A DNA stretch of 45,150 nucleotides, from positions 1 through 45,150 of IMG/VR virus record IMGVR_UViG_3300048890_000033. One strand, given 5' to 3'. Position numbers and translations under genes: made by a program. The notes beneath the pieces are model-generated. The model made no database searches. It was not told the DNA's origin and saw only the letters and a list, made by a program, of their open reading frames with translations. Numbering within the stretch: the first letter of the stretch is position 1; every line of letters starts with the position of its first letter. This stretch comes from a virus (lineage: Duplodnaviria; Caudoviricetes). Shown in pieces: positions 17,986 to 28,051 of this stretch.

Positions 17986-18398
17986 TATCCGTGCCCCTTG
18001 TCGTTGCGGATCCGCTCGGCGCTCTGGTCGATCTGCCCGATTTGCACCGCCTCACCGCGCCCCGTGGCAAAGCCTTCCATCCGCGACAGGCGGGCTTCAA
18101 GGTCACGCTTGTCCGAATGACAGCGCTCAACCTCGTCGCGCACGGCAGCAAGATCACTGCGCACCGCCGCCATGTCTTTCTCAAGTGTTTCGCGGTATTC
18201 CTTCCAGCGCGTGTCCAGTTCGGCCGCCTGCGCCATCAGCCGGTTCTCCTTGCTATCGGCACGTCCGGCCATGAAGGTGATGAACCAGCGCAGCAGAAAC
18301 ATGCTGGCAATCGCGCCACCACCAGCACCAGCGCCGCCCGCCGCCATCCGCACGGCACCGTCAAACAATCCGGGATCAGTCATTGCGTGCGCACTCAT
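17985..18398 (-). CDS. Membrane-anchored coiled-coil protein
   Basis: Gly-rich TM followed by a heptad region. Confidence 0.65.
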   Translation of the reverse strand: MSAHAMTDPGLFDGAVRMAAGGAGAGGGAIASMFLLRWFITFMAGRADSKENRLMAQAAELDTRWKEYRETLEKDMAAVRSDLAAVRDEVERCHSDKRDLEARLSRMEGFATGRGEAVQIGQIDQSAERIRNDKGHG

Positions 18399-18525
18399 GA
18401 TTCATGGGCCACAGGGTCTTGGCTAAGGTCGAGGTCGAGGGGGGTGGTCATGGCGCTACCCCGGATAAGCGCTTGACCAAAGAGCGGTTCTGACCCGAAT
18501 AGGCGGGCGCAATTTGGGGGATGAC

Positions 18526-19746
18526 ATGACGGAATGGACTATCGATCGGCTCGACGAACTGATGGCCCATTTCGATGAAGGCTATGCGGATAACTTCGAT
18601 GAGGCGTACAAGCGGTTCGAACAGGTAAGTCTTGCCCCACCGTCCGACCTTCCCCACGATCCATTCTCGCCCGAATACAGGGCGCGCTATCTCCAGCTTT
18701 ATCAAACCCTCGCCAACCGAAGTTCCTACGAGGTCGAAAACGAAGGGTGCGAGTTCGATGTCGATCAGTTCGCGATCCGCCCATTCCCCTACTTCACCAA
18801 GAGCACCTTGCTCGCCGGCAAGCATTTCTCGCTGATCGGCACCCTTCTGACCATGATGGGCGACCTCAAGGAGGGCTCCCGAATATTGGAATGCGGCTTT
18901 GGTTGGGGACACACGACGCTCGCGCTGGCGATGCTCGGCCACAACGTCACCGGACTGGATATCGAGGCGCGTTTCTGTGAGGTGGTGCGCAGGCGCGCGA
19001 TCGATGCCAAGGTCGATGTCGAACTGGTCAACAGCGACTTCCTTTGGGTCGAAACGACCGACCAGAAGTTCGATGCGGTCTGCTTCTTCGAGTCCTTCCA
19101 CCATTGCTGGGAGTTCGAGCGGCTGCTGCTGGCCCTCCAGAACATCATCGCGCCGGGCGGGAAGATTTATTTCGGCGCCGAGCCCATCAACGAGCAATTT
19201 ACCGTGCCGTGGGGCGTTCGGCTTGACGGCGAATCCCTTCTCGTCGCGCGGCGGAATGGCTGGATGGAACTGGGCTTCCACAGCGATTATTTCGCCGAGC
19301 TGCTGAAACGCACGGGCTGGTTCGGGCAATGTATCGAGCCGCATTTCTGGGTGGCGACACGGCGCAGCGAGCCGCTCGTTTTCAAGGGTGGCGATGTTCG
19401 CCTGCACACGCAGGTCGGGACGAAAGAGGGCGATCTGTTGCGCATCTATGCGGCGGATACAGCCTATGCGCTCTACGGGCCTTACATGACCCTTCCTGCC
19501 GGGAATTACCGTGCGGTCATCGACCTCGACGTGGAACCGTTCGATGGGATCGCCACGATGGACATCGCCATTGATGGCGGAAACGTCATTGCTGCCGGGC
19601 AGTTCGATGCCAGCCAATGTGCTGCCGGAAGCGTTGAATGCACGTTCACGCTCGGCCAGAAGGCCGAACGTCTGGAGGCCAGGCTTGTCGTGCCCGGCGG
19701 CTTCAAGGCTAACGTAAGACGGCTTTCTTTCGCCCCGCTTGATTAA
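18526..19746 (+). CDS. Class I SAM-dependent methyltransferase with C-terminal beta-rich module (moron)
   Basis: Motif I 'ILECGFGWG', 'GLDI', 'FDAVCFFESFHH', 'PGGK'; 'YGPYMTLPAGNY'; opposite strand to its neighbours. Confidence 0.85.
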   Translation: MTEWTIDRLDELMAHFDEGYADNFDEAYKRFEQVSLAPPSDLPHDPFSPEYRARYLQLYQTLANRSSYEVENEGCEFDVDQFAIRPFPYFTKSTLLAGKHFSLIGTLLTMMGDLKEGSRILECGFGWGHTTLALAMLGHNVTGLDIEARFCEVVRRRAIDAKVDVELVNSDFLWVETTDQKFDAVCFFESFHHCWEFERLLLALQNIIAPGGKIYFGAEPINEQFTVPWGVRLDGESLLVARRNGWMELGFHSDYFAELLKRTGWFGQCIEPHFWVATRRSEPLVFKGGDVRLHTQVGTKEGDLLRIYAADTAYALYGPYMTLPAGNYRAVIDLDVEPFDGIATMDIAIDGGNVIAAGQFDASQCAAGSVECTFTLGQKAERLEARLVVPGGFKANVRRLSFAPLD

Positions 19747-19763
19747 TATGTTGGCTTTCACGG

Positions 19764-21530
19764 TCAGACTTCCGCTTCCCAATAAATTGTTTGGGTTGTC
19801 CCGCCAGTATTGTCATGCTTCTTGATGGAAACCGTGAAGTTGGACGCGCCCAGCGACGTTACGCTTACAAATTCACCGGAAGTTGTCGGAGTGCATCGAA
19901 CGGTTGTCGGGGCGGCAACGAGCCCATGCGTGACTGCTCCGCCATCTGCGACTGAAGTGGCGCCCTTTGCCTGATTAATATATCCGATATTGTTCCTGAT
20001 ATATTTGACCGCGCCGCTGCCTCCGTCAGACAATGTGCCTGAAACGCCGCCAGTCATCCTGTTATTGGCGATGATATAGTTGGTTGACGTTCCCGCATTG
20101 ACGACAATATCCCATCCGCCATTTTGCGTGAACTCTCCGACCGCGCCTATCGAATTGCCCGTAATCCGGAAATTGTTCAGATTGGCTACGGTCGCGATGC
20201 CGTGTGCGCTACACTGGCCGACTGCGTTTCCCGCGATTACGAGATCAGAAATAATGGTCGCCGCCGCATTAATCCCGCTGCTGAAACCGCCCATTGTATT
20301 GTCGAGAATGTCGAGTTTCTTGATCAAGCCAGTTCCGGAAGCGACAATGCCATAGGCTGTGAATGTCGCGATCCAGTTACGGGAAATCATAGCGTTACGA
20401 ATTGTCCCGCCAGTCGGGCTTACTGCGACACCGCTTGCTGAGCCGCTATCAAACCAGTTATCGTATATTTTGATTGCCTGGATGTCATTGCCAGTGGCCG
20501 GGGCCAAGGCGACAGCGGTTGAGCAAAAGAGTGTGTGATTATGGCTGATCATAAGATCGCCAGCGCTTGTCACAAGGATCGCAATGGGGGTTTGCGAGCC
20601 GTTACTGGTGCCGGTGAATTTATTGCGACGGATATAGAACTGGACGCACCCTTGCGTGCCGTTCGCCGCAGAGATCACAACGCCAGAGCCAAGCGTCCCG
20701 ATTATCTCGTTGTCCTCGACAACCAAACCTTGGAAGTTTGGCGTCCCTGTGGCCCCAATGCCATTATAGGCGCCTTCGAACCGGCAGCGCCTGACCTTAG
20801 TCCCATTCGCGCTGGCGCTTTCGATATAATAGCCGGCAGACCGCGTGACCGTGGACTTAAAATACAGACCCTCAAACTCGACGCCTGGGTCATTCGACGT
20901 TGACGTGACCGTGAAGACGTTCGCGGTGGCTGAGGTCGTGGTGATTATCGAACCGAGGCCACCGCCGACGAATCTCATCGGGCTCGCAACCGTGAGCGCA
21001 GATGTGACTTTGAACGTGCCGGCAGGAATCCAGAGCGTCCCACCACCTGCGACGATTACGGCCGCAATTGCAGCCGTGAAAGCAGCGGTATCATCCGTCG
21101 TTCCGTCGCCAGTTGCGCTGTACGGCGCATCGGTAACACAAATGAACCGCTTGAGATGGTTCCCGACCGTGCCCGCTGCATAGCTTGCGGAATGGGAGAA
21201 GCCGACGAGACCCGCGCCGGTCGTGGCGGAAAGCTGGCTTTCCTCGTTGCTGTCGGCGGGATCGCGCGTTTCCAGCGTTACATCGTCAAAGTCTTTCAGA
21301 ACGACCTTGTAGTCACCACCCGTCAGCCAGATCGGGTTCCACCGCCCATCAGACGCGGCCACCACCGGATTGGCATTGGCATTGGTGCCAGCGACAGCAT
21401 CAGCGCGGGTCGGATAGGTGTTCTTTGGGGTAGATGTCCCGGTCGTGTAGAAATGGAGCTTGTAGCCCACTCCCACCGAACCGTTGGTCGCGTTGACCGA
21501 AAATATACCCGTGTCGAAAAGACGCGCCAT
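19764..21530 (-). CDS. Tailspike, pectate-lyase-like beta-helix
   Basis: N-terminal attachment domain 'NPVVA..DGR...IWL...YKVVLKD'; 'ATGDGTTDDTAAF..AI'; repeated I..N..G beta-helix rungs. Confidence 0.85.
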   Translation of the reverse strand: MARLFDTGIFSVNATNGSVGVGYKLHFYTTGTSTPKNTYPTRADAVAGTNANANPVVAASDGRWNPIWLTGGDYKVVLKDFDDVTLETRDPADSNEESQLSATTGAGLVGFSHSASYAAGTVGNHLKRFICVTDAPYSATGDGTTDDTAAFTAAIAAVIVAGGGTLWIPAGTFKVTSALTVASPMRFVGGGLGSIITTTSATANVFTVTSTSNDPGVEFEGLYFKSTVTRSAGYYIESASANGTKVRRCRFEGAYNGIGATGTPNFQGLVVEDNEIIGTLGSGVVISAANGTQGCVQFYIRRNKFTGTSNGSQTPIAILVTSAGDLMISHNHTLFCSTAVALAPATGNDIQAIKIYDNWFDSGSASGVAVSPTGGTIRNAMISRNWIATFTAYGIVASGTGLIKKLDILDNTMGGFSSGINAAATIISDLVIAGNAVGQCSAHGIATVANLNNFRITGNSIGAVGEFTQNGGWDIVVNAGTSTNYIIANNRMTGGVSGTLSDGGSGAVKYIRNNIGYINQAKGATSVADGGAVTHGLVAAPTTVRCTPTTSGEFVSVTSLGASNFTVSIKKHDNTGGTTQTIYWEAEV

Positions 21531-21626
21531 ACAGACAACCCTGAAACAAGGACTGTGGTTGTCTGGAAAGCGGGCGGGTCCACGACCGCGCGCGAATGCG
21601 CTGCTTTCTCGCCATGCCTAACATAA

Positions 21627-21655
21627 TTGAAGGCCAAGGCAAAGGGTGTTACGCT
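21627..21655 (+). promoter_or_regulatory. Sigma70 promoter of the lipoprotein moron
   Basis: TTGAAG-17-TACGCT with extended TG; ATG begins 7 nt after the -10. Confidence 0.7.
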
Positions 21656-21661
21656 CACCAG

Positions 21662-21886
21662 ATGCGCTCACTATTGATTCTGCCCGTGCTATTGCTCGCT
21701 GGCTGTGCCCCGCGTCTTTCCTTCGCTAATGAAGCGGGAGGCGTGGTGAGTACAGTTGGCGTCGCCGGCAATGACCGCGCCTATGCGTTGGCGCGCGAGA
21801 ACTGCGCGAAATATGGCAGCATCGCCCGCATGACTTCCCGCGAACGGATATCGGCCACCCAGCATTTCGAGTGCGTCAAGCCTTGA
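21662..21886 (+). CDS. Small lipoprotein (moron; superinfection-exclusion candidate)
   Basis: MRSLLILPVLLLAG-C lipobox; 'A...C..YG..A...F.C' Cys pair. Confidence 0.75.
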   Translation: MRSLLILPVLLLAGCAPRLSFANEAGGVVSTVGVAGNDRAYALARENCAKYGSIARMTSRERISATQHFECVKP

Positions 21887-21951
21887 GCCTGAGCGTCCTC
21901 CTCAACCTGACGCTGCTGTCCCTGCTGCTCAAGAGCAAGGCGGTGACGGGA

Positions 21952-24666
21952 TCACTTGTCGCGCTGGTTGTCTTTTGCGTCTGAGGCGGCGGCCCTTACC
22001 GGGATGTTGTCATTTATGGCCGACAAAATGTAGCGCTCAACAGCGGCGGCGTCTTGCGCCAGCGCCGGGTTAGAGCCCGCTATTTTGCCAAGCTTGCCGA
22101 TATGGGCGATTTGCTGAGATCGCCGTTCCGGAGCATTGACGATCCACCGCGCAAACTTTGGCGACGCCAGCAGGTGCCCTAATGGCCTTTGGATAGCCAC
22201 TGGCGCGGCTGCAAGCGCAGCAAGGAACGGATGCGCGGTCGCCAGCGCCGATACCGCTCCCGTCGCCGCTGTTGTCGTGGCAATCAAGGAACTGACGCCG
22301 CCGGTGTTGGACGAATTGGCAAAGCTCTGCCCAGCCTTGGTGCCCTCCGATATGAGGGCAAGATCATTCAAGGCTGAGCGTTGGGCCGGTGTGAACAATG
22401 CCGCCTTGGCCCGATTGTCAATATTGGTCCAGTTCGTCAGGAACGTGCCGAATGAGAATACATCACCCGCCGCATCCTGCTTGCCAGACGTTGCCCTGCC
22501 GATATTGTTGATAACACCGGCAGAGACTATCTCCGCCTCTTCCGCCGGCAGAGACCGCATCATCTGGGCGATATGTGCGCTTTCGCCCTTGGTCCGCGCC
22601 CAGTTATTGATCTGGTTAAATGCGTCCTGCGCGCCCTTGCCTTTGTCTGGCCCCATGATGGCCGCGCCGACACGCTCCAGTCGGTCCTGACGTGCGCGCC
22701 AATAGCGGTTGGCCCGCTGGAACCTCGCCAGTGCGTCAGGGCCCTGCGCGCGCGCAGTCGCCTCCATATCGGCCGACAGGGACTTGTAGAGCGCCCGCAA
22801 ATCGCTCTGCGCGGTATCCTGCTGCAGGATCATGCCATCGAGGCGTTCGCCAATCAGGCTGCGGAATCCCTTGAGATCCTGCCACGACAGTTTGCCACCC
22901 TTTTCGATGGTTCGGGTAATCATGTTGCCGGCGCTATCGAGCAAGCCCGTAGGTACATTCTCACTGCGCCCGACAATAGCGCTTTCAATGCCCTTCAGCC
23001 TGGAATCGGACATGATCCCGGCCAGTTCGGAATTGCTCGAAAATCGGCCGTTGACGGTGGCGAGGGCATCACGCGTGTTGGTGAGAACGCTATCCGTAGC
23101 ATCATCGATCGGGATTTCGTTATAGAACTTTCCGCCGCGCGTTTCCGTCGCCTTTGCCCACTTGTCCATGCCGCGCTGGCCAGCCTTGCCGACTTGGTAG
23201 CCATCTGGCGTAAGGCCGCCTGCCACGCGCTTGGCGGCTTCTGCGCCCTGCTTGGTGGCCGCCAGCGCGGCATCGACGATAGGGCCAGCGCCCAATGGCG
23301 TCTGAGCCATACCGCTAGTTAATTTCCCGATCGTCGAGCCTCCAACATCGGCAGGAAGAACTTGGACGCCTTGCCGTTCTGCTGCTTCTAGAATGGGCGA
23401 ACCACCTGATGGTCTGGGGGCCGACTTGACGCCGAACCTCTGCATTAATTTCCCACCAGCGTAACCTAGTGTTGCACCGCCCACTGCGCCGCCCAGTCCT
23501 TTGACGAACCTGTCCTTGAGGCCGTCACCAGAACCAGCCCCATAAGCGCCGCCACCGATTGTCCCGACCTTGGCCATTTCGCCAGCAGTCTTGGCCTCCG
23601 CTCCGAACGGCAAGGCAATGGCGCCGCCCATCTGACCCGCGAAACGTGAGACGGGATTTACCCTCTCGTCGGCGGCATCGGTCCCCCGTTCATTGGCGAG
23701 ATTCTGGCGATAGGGCTTGTCGTTGAACAGGGTGTCGCCAGCAGCCGACAGTTCGTCGATGGTGCCGAACGACAGCACGTCAGCCGCGCCGCGCCCAAAC
23801 GCATCTACCGCGCCGCCGATGGTGTTGCGTTGTTTTTCCCGCTCTTTCGCCCCTGTTTCGTCGGTTACGCTGCCAGTCACGCCCTGTTCCACATTCGCAC
23901 GACCTTCGTAGTCGGCCTGCGAGCCATAGATCGTGGTCGTTCCATCCGGCTGCTTCACTGAGACCTTGCCATCAGGGAGAATAACAGGTTTGCCGACCTC
24001 ACCCGCGAAGGCGTGATCCAAGGAGCTGGCCACCGTCTCGCCAACATCGCCACCGTCGAGGATGGTTTTCTTCTGCGGTTCGTCGCCTGCAACCCCCGGG
24101 CCACCAGAAACCCGCAACGCTTCAATCGCCGTTTTGCGGGCCGCTGCCTTTTGGGCGATGACGGCATCGGAATCGCCAGCTACGGGGAAATACCGCTTAT
24201 ACTGGTTTGCATATTCTGACGCGCTGATGGCCGCGCCGGATTCCTGGCGCAGGGTGGCAAGGACGAAGTTCAACTGAGCTTGGTCCGCCTTTTGCCGCTC
24301 TGGGCTATTTCCTCCGATTGCTTCCGGCAATGCGTTGAGCGCGGCAGGAGCCATATCATTTGCCATTTGCCCCAAATATGACCGGGGCGGCGGCGTCACA
24401 GGCTTACCCTGATCCGTGCCGAAAGACGCCTCATAATCAGCATTCGACCCTAGCGCATTGTGATAGAAGCCAACCGCCTTACTCTGCGCCTCCGTCAATT
24501 TCGGAGCATCGCCACCACCGATCGGCTTGACAACACCCTGCGCGCGATAAGCCCCCAGCTTTGCTGTGACCTTGGCCTTGATTTCCGGCGTGATGGAAGG
24601 GTCGCCGGTCATGGCACGGCGCTCCAATTCCAGAAGCGCGCTGGTTTCTTTATTCTGATCCGCCAT
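21952..24666 (-). CDS. Large internal virion / DNA ejection protein
   Basis: 904 aa, Ala/Gly-rich helical; third gene of the ejection cluster. Confidence 0.75.
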   Translation of the reverse strand: MADQNKETSALLELERRAMTGDPSITPEIKAKVTAKLGAYRAQGVVKPIGGGDAPKLTEAQSKAVGFYHNALGSNADYEASFGTDQGKPVTPPPRSYLGQMANDMAPAALNALPEAIGGNSPERQKADQAQLNFVLATLRQESGAAISASEYANQYKRYFPVAGDSDAVIAQKAAARKTAIEALRVSGGPGVAGDEPQKKTILDGGDVGETVASSLDHAFAGEVGKPVILPDGKVSVKQPDGTTTIYGSQADYEGRANVEQGVTGSVTDETGAKEREKQRNTIGGAVDAFGRGAADVLSFGTIDELSAAGDTLFNDKPYRQNLANERGTDAADERVNPVSRFAGQMGGAIALPFGAEAKTAGEMAKVGTIGGGAYGAGSGDGLKDRFVKGLGGAVGGATLGYAGGKLMQRFGVKSAPRPSGGSPILEAAERQGVQVLPADVGGSTIGKLTSGMAQTPLGAGPIVDAALAATKQGAEAAKRVAGGLTPDGYQVGKAGQRGMDKWAKATETRGGKFYNEIPIDDATDSVLTNTRDALATVNGRFSSNSELAGIMSDSRLKGIESAIVGRSENVPTGLLDSAGNMITRTIEKGGKLSWQDLKGFRSLIGERLDGMILQQDTAQSDLRALYKSLSADMEATARAQGPDALARFQRANRYWRARQDRLERVGAAIMGPDKGKGAQDAFNQINNWARTKGESAHIAQMMRSLPAEEAEIVSAGVINNIGRATSGKQDAAGDVFSFGTFLTNWTNIDNRAKAALFTPAQRSALNDLALISEGTKAGQSFANSSNTGGVSSLIATTTAATGAVSALATAHPFLAALAAAPVAIQRPLGHLLASPKFARWIVNAPERRSQQIAHIGKLGKIAGSNPALAQDAAAVERYILSAINDNIPVRAAASDAKDNQRDK

Positions 24667-25640
24667 TATAGCCCCGCAGCCCTGAGAAGATCGCCTGTGG
24701 AGGCGCTTGAGGTATCGCCACCATCTTTTTTGCCCGTCGCAATTCGTCCCTCACGGCCCCTGGCAACATCAAGCGCGCCTTGCGCGATGCCGATGCGCGA
24801 TTCCCCCTGCCCCTCACTCACCCGGTTATGGCGCGCCGTCTCAGCATCGCCTGCCGCCTGCCGCGTCTCAGTCATCAACGTTTTTACGTCCACCGCGCCC
24901 GCCGTATACATGCCCAGCCCCTTGTCGGATAGGTCGGCTTTCTGCAATTCCTGATCGGTCCAGCCGTGCGCGCGTAGGTAATCAATCGCCCCCTGGAAAT
25001 CACGGCCGCGCTCCTTGACCGGGACCATATGCAGACGGTAAGCGACCGACCCCATAGCGTTGAATTTATTCTCCATGGACTTGCGCTGGCCTTCATCCAT
25101 TTTGGCGAAGGCGTTGATCAGGTTCGTGCCGGCCCCCAGGTCGATCACCAGAAGCTTCGCGAGCGCCTGTTGATTGATCTTGACGGGCGGCGGTTCGGAG
25201 GATGCGGGTATGCCGTTGGCAAGCGGATTGGCGGCCTCTGCCGGCACCGTGGGGGATATGCTTGGCGTAGACCCGCCCTGTGCAGGATCGTATTCCACAA
25301 GTCCATTCTTCTGGCGCCACGCCTCATATTTCGCAGACCCCAAGGATTTGCGCATGACATCGGCGTCCTTCGGCAGGATGAACTTGTCGGGCGCAGGTTG
25401 CGCCACTGGAGACGCGGGGGCGGCCGTGACAGGTGCGCCCACATATTGGTCCTGTAGGCTGGGCGAAGCGGGAGGCGTGACTGGCGAGGAAGCCCGACCA
25501 CCGGAGACAAAAAGGTCGGACAGCGCTGCTTTGCGTGTCGCCTCTGTCTCCAGTTTGCGCTTCCTGTCATCCATGGCAATGCGGCGGTCCTGCCCCGCCG
25601 TGTACATGCCGATCAGTGAGCCCGCGTCATAGGAGGCCAT
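24666..25640 (-). CDS. Internal virion / ejection protein
   Basis: Position in cluster; 'ET.RHNR..E' motif. Confidence 0.7.
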   Translation of the reverse strand: MASYDAGSLIGMYTAGQDRRIAMDDRKRKLETEATRKAALSDLFVSGGRASSPVTPPASPSLQDQYVGAPVTAAPASPVAQPAPDKFILPKDADVMRKSLGSAKYEAWRQKNGLVEYDPAQGGSTPSISPTVPAEAANPLANGIPASSEPPPVKINQQALAKLLVIDLGAGTNLINAFAKMDEGQRKSMENKFNAMGSVAYRLHMVPVKERGRDFQGAIDYLRAHGWTDQELQKADLSDKGLGMYTAGAVDVKTLMTETRQAAGDAETARHNRVSEGQGESRIGIAQGALDVARGREGRIATGKKDGGDTSSASTGDLLRAAGL

Positions 25641-26455
25641 TAAACTGCACTCCCTGGCATGCCGGCGTTCCACGTTGGTGTTTTGAAGCCCTTCTGATAG
25701 AGATATGCACCCGCCAGATTGCCCGCGATGCCGCCAACCGCGGTGCCAGTGGCTTGATATGCCGAAGCCTTTGCATTGCCGGCGTTCTGGTAAGCTTGTT
25801 GGATGCCCTGCGATGCCTGCGCACCTGCCGCCGCCGTTGACCCGGTCGCGGACTGCCCAACGCCAGCCATCGCGGCCAGGCGGTTGGCGTAGCTGTCATA
25901 TTCGCTCGCTGCCAATCCTTCGCCATAACGCTGGATCGCTTTCATCGTGCCGCCCGAGCCGAGAAGCCCGCGTGCCGATGCGGATCGCTCAACCGCCTTA
26001 ACACCTTCGCCAAGGCGAAAGTTATAGCCCGGTGAGGTCTGCCAACTGGTGTCGACCGTGCCAGTCTGCCCCGCGCTGGTATATGGCGTCAGATCGCGGC
26101 GCGAGCCATCCCGCGCATAATGACTTTGCCCAAAGCTGTTGATATCCTCGCCGGAATGAAGGGTGTAATCATAGGCTACGTCTGGCTGGCTGGTGACGTA
26201 TTTACCCCAATCTACCGTACCTGCGGGCGCTTCGGTGCTAACGCCATACATGGCCCCCAGTTTACGCAGAGCGCTGGTTCCAACTTCGCGATAGGGGGCA
26301 TAATCCTCGCGGGTTAGGTCATATTGGCGGCGTGATTCCCCAACAGACGCGTCTGAGGCTTTTCCCGCCGCGCTGGCGGCCTTGTTCCCCGCTATGATTG
26401 ATGCGCCGCCGCCTATGACTGCGGCGCTGCCGATGGCGACGGCTACGAAAGACAT
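25640..26455 (-). CDS. P22 gp7-like DNA transfer protein
   Basis: Hydrophobic Gly/Ala N-terminus; 'SPGYNFRL.EG..A..RSA.ARG.L.SG'. Confidence 0.8.
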   Translation of the reverse strand: MSFVAVAIGSAAVIGGGASIIAGNKAASAAGKASDASVGESRRQYDLTREDYAPYREVGTSALRKLGAMYGVSTEAPAGTVDWGKYVTSQPDVAYDYTLHSGEDINSFGQSHYARDGSRRDLTPYTSAGQTGTVDTSWQTSPGYNFRLGEGVKAVERSASARGLLGSGGTMKAIQRYGEGLAASEYDSYANRLAAMAGVGQSATGSTAAAGAQASQGIQQAYQNAGNAKASAYQATGTAVGGIAGNLAGAYLYQKGFKTPTWNAGMPGSAV

Positions 26456-26892
26456 TTTACCGCCTCAGCCTCGGGCAGGATCAAGGTCGCTTCGGCCTGC
26501 TCCACCGTCTCGGCGGTGGACGCGTGAATCGTCGTCCAGACCGTCTCTTCAAGGGCATGGACACAGTTCTTGCGGCCCGCTGGGATAACCATCGTGGCGG
26601 GGGCGGTGATTTCCTCTACGCCAGCCTCGCTGACGATCTGGACGCGCCCTTTCGAGATAATGCATATATGCTCCTGCGCGTGGCGGTGTCCGACCGCAAC
26701 CGAGCCCACAGGAAGCGTCACCTCTCTGGCATAAAGGCCATGGGCGAAAGTATGGACCGGCTCGATCTGGATATGTGCGTCTGGAACGGCGCGCATCGCG
26801 CTTTCCAATGCGGCGACGCGACGCTCCATTGGTACGACGGGCGGCGTCAGATCAACTCGGGCGCAGGATTTAAGCGGGTGAGCCATAAGCAT
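26443..26892 (-). CDS. Cupin-fold protein
   Basis: 'H.FAHGLYARE..LP.G....G..H...H..I.SKG', 'ALEETVW.TIH'. Confidence 0.75.
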   Translation of the reverse strand: MLMAHPLKSCARVDLTPPVVPMERRVAALESAMRAVPDAHIQIEPVHTFAHGLYAREVTLPVGSVAVGHRHAQEHICIISKGRVQIVSEAGVEEITAPATMVIPAGRKNCVHALEETVWTTIHASTAETVEQAEATLILPEAEAVKCLS

Positions 26893-27034
26893 CCAGACAG
26901 AAGGAGAGATGGTCTGTCTGGATGATGCGCCGGTCCATCACGCGGCCCGCGCAAAGCGGTATCACCGCGCAAACATTATCACAGGGCAGGGAGGAATAAA
27001 AGGTTATATCACTTGGCAGGTAGTGCCGGGCCAT

Positions 27035-28051
27035 TTAGGAGACGGACGTAATGTACCAGGCAGAACCATTGCTTTGAATGGTGACGGCCTGATTTACGGT
27101 CGTGATGGCAAGCGTGCCAACGCCGTCTATGGCTTCAGCGCCATTGCCATCCAATGTTACCGCGTTCCCAGTCCCGTCGATCTTCTTCACGACAAGGATC
27201 ATGCCGACATTCGACGCAACAGCGGGCAGGTTGATCGTTATCGCCCCGCCGCTGGCATCGCCCAGAATGAGATAGTCCGCTGCCGTCGCGCTGGTCGTTG
27301 CGGCCGACGTCCTGGCTGCGGCCCGGAGGCCGTTTGCCAGTGGCGCGCTGAGCGTCTTGTTCGTGAGCGTCTGCGTGCCGGTGAGCGTGACGACCGTGCC
27401 ATCGATTGCCACATCGTCTGCATTGACCGTGATTCCTGTTCCAGCTCCCACCGCGAGCGTCCGGGTGGACGATATATCCCCGCCACCCGTCAGGCCAGCC
27501 CCCGAGGTGATGCTGACCGCCGAATGGTCGACATTGCGCGTGTTGGCCGTGTCGAGCGCCACATCATTAGCGTTGATGGTGATACCGGCGCCTGCCCCGA
27601 CGTCGAAGGTGCGATTGGCCGAAAGATCACCGCCACCGGCCAGGCCAGCGCCGGCGGTCAAGGTCAATGAGGATGCAGCGGCCCCGATTGCTGCGGGCGT
27701 AATCGTGACATTGGCAATCAAGGTGGCCCGACCATATTGGTCCACCGTGATCTGACTGACCTGTGATGCGGAACCATAGGTTGATGCCGTCACGCCACTC
27801 GCCGCCAACGCGATGGTGAACGTACTCGCGCCACTGGTGAAGCTCAGACCGGCCCCTTGGGTCAGCACCTTGTCGTTTGGGAGGGCGACGCTGGGCGAAT
27901 AGGTTAACATCGGCGCCTGCTGGATCTGGGCGACAACATCCTCCCCGATGACGCCCTGGACCTTGACCAGCCAGCGATAGAATTCCGGCGTGACCATCCC
28001 CGATCCGTTGACAATCGGCGCGTTGGGTGGATTGAGCGCGAAGCCAGCCAT
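27035..28051 (-). CDS. Tail fibre/needle-like protein with internal repeats
   Basis: 'G.VTPEFYRWL' start; two 'GAGL.GGGD.S..RT..VGAG.GIT.NA.DVA.D' repeats. Confidence 0.7.
   Translation of the reverse strand: MAGFALNPPNAPIVNGSGMVTPEFYRWLVKVQGVIGEDVVAQIQQAPMLTYSPSVALPNDKVLTQGAGLSFTSGASTFTIALAASGVTASTYGSASQVSQITVDQYGRATLIANVTITPAAIGAAASSLTLTAGAGLAGGGDLSANRTFDVGAGAGITINANDVALDTANTRNVDHSAVSITSGAGLTGGGDISSTRTLAVGAGTGITVNADDVAIDGTVVTLTGTQTLTNKTLSAPLANGLRAAARTSAATTSATAADYLILGDASGGAITINLPAVASNVGMILVVKKIDGTGNAVTLDGNGAEAIDGVGTLAITTVNQAVTIQSNGSAWYITSVS

Noticed and set aside
18448-19782. 444-aa minus-strand ORF and similar long antisense ORFs (e.g. 7580-8362, 34038-34988)
   Set aside because: Shadows of high-GC3 genes on the opposite strand, with no motifs
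27410-27660. Tail-gene repeats as a DGR or invertible segment
   Set aside because: Degenerate protein-level repeats; no reverse transcriptase or invertase in the genome
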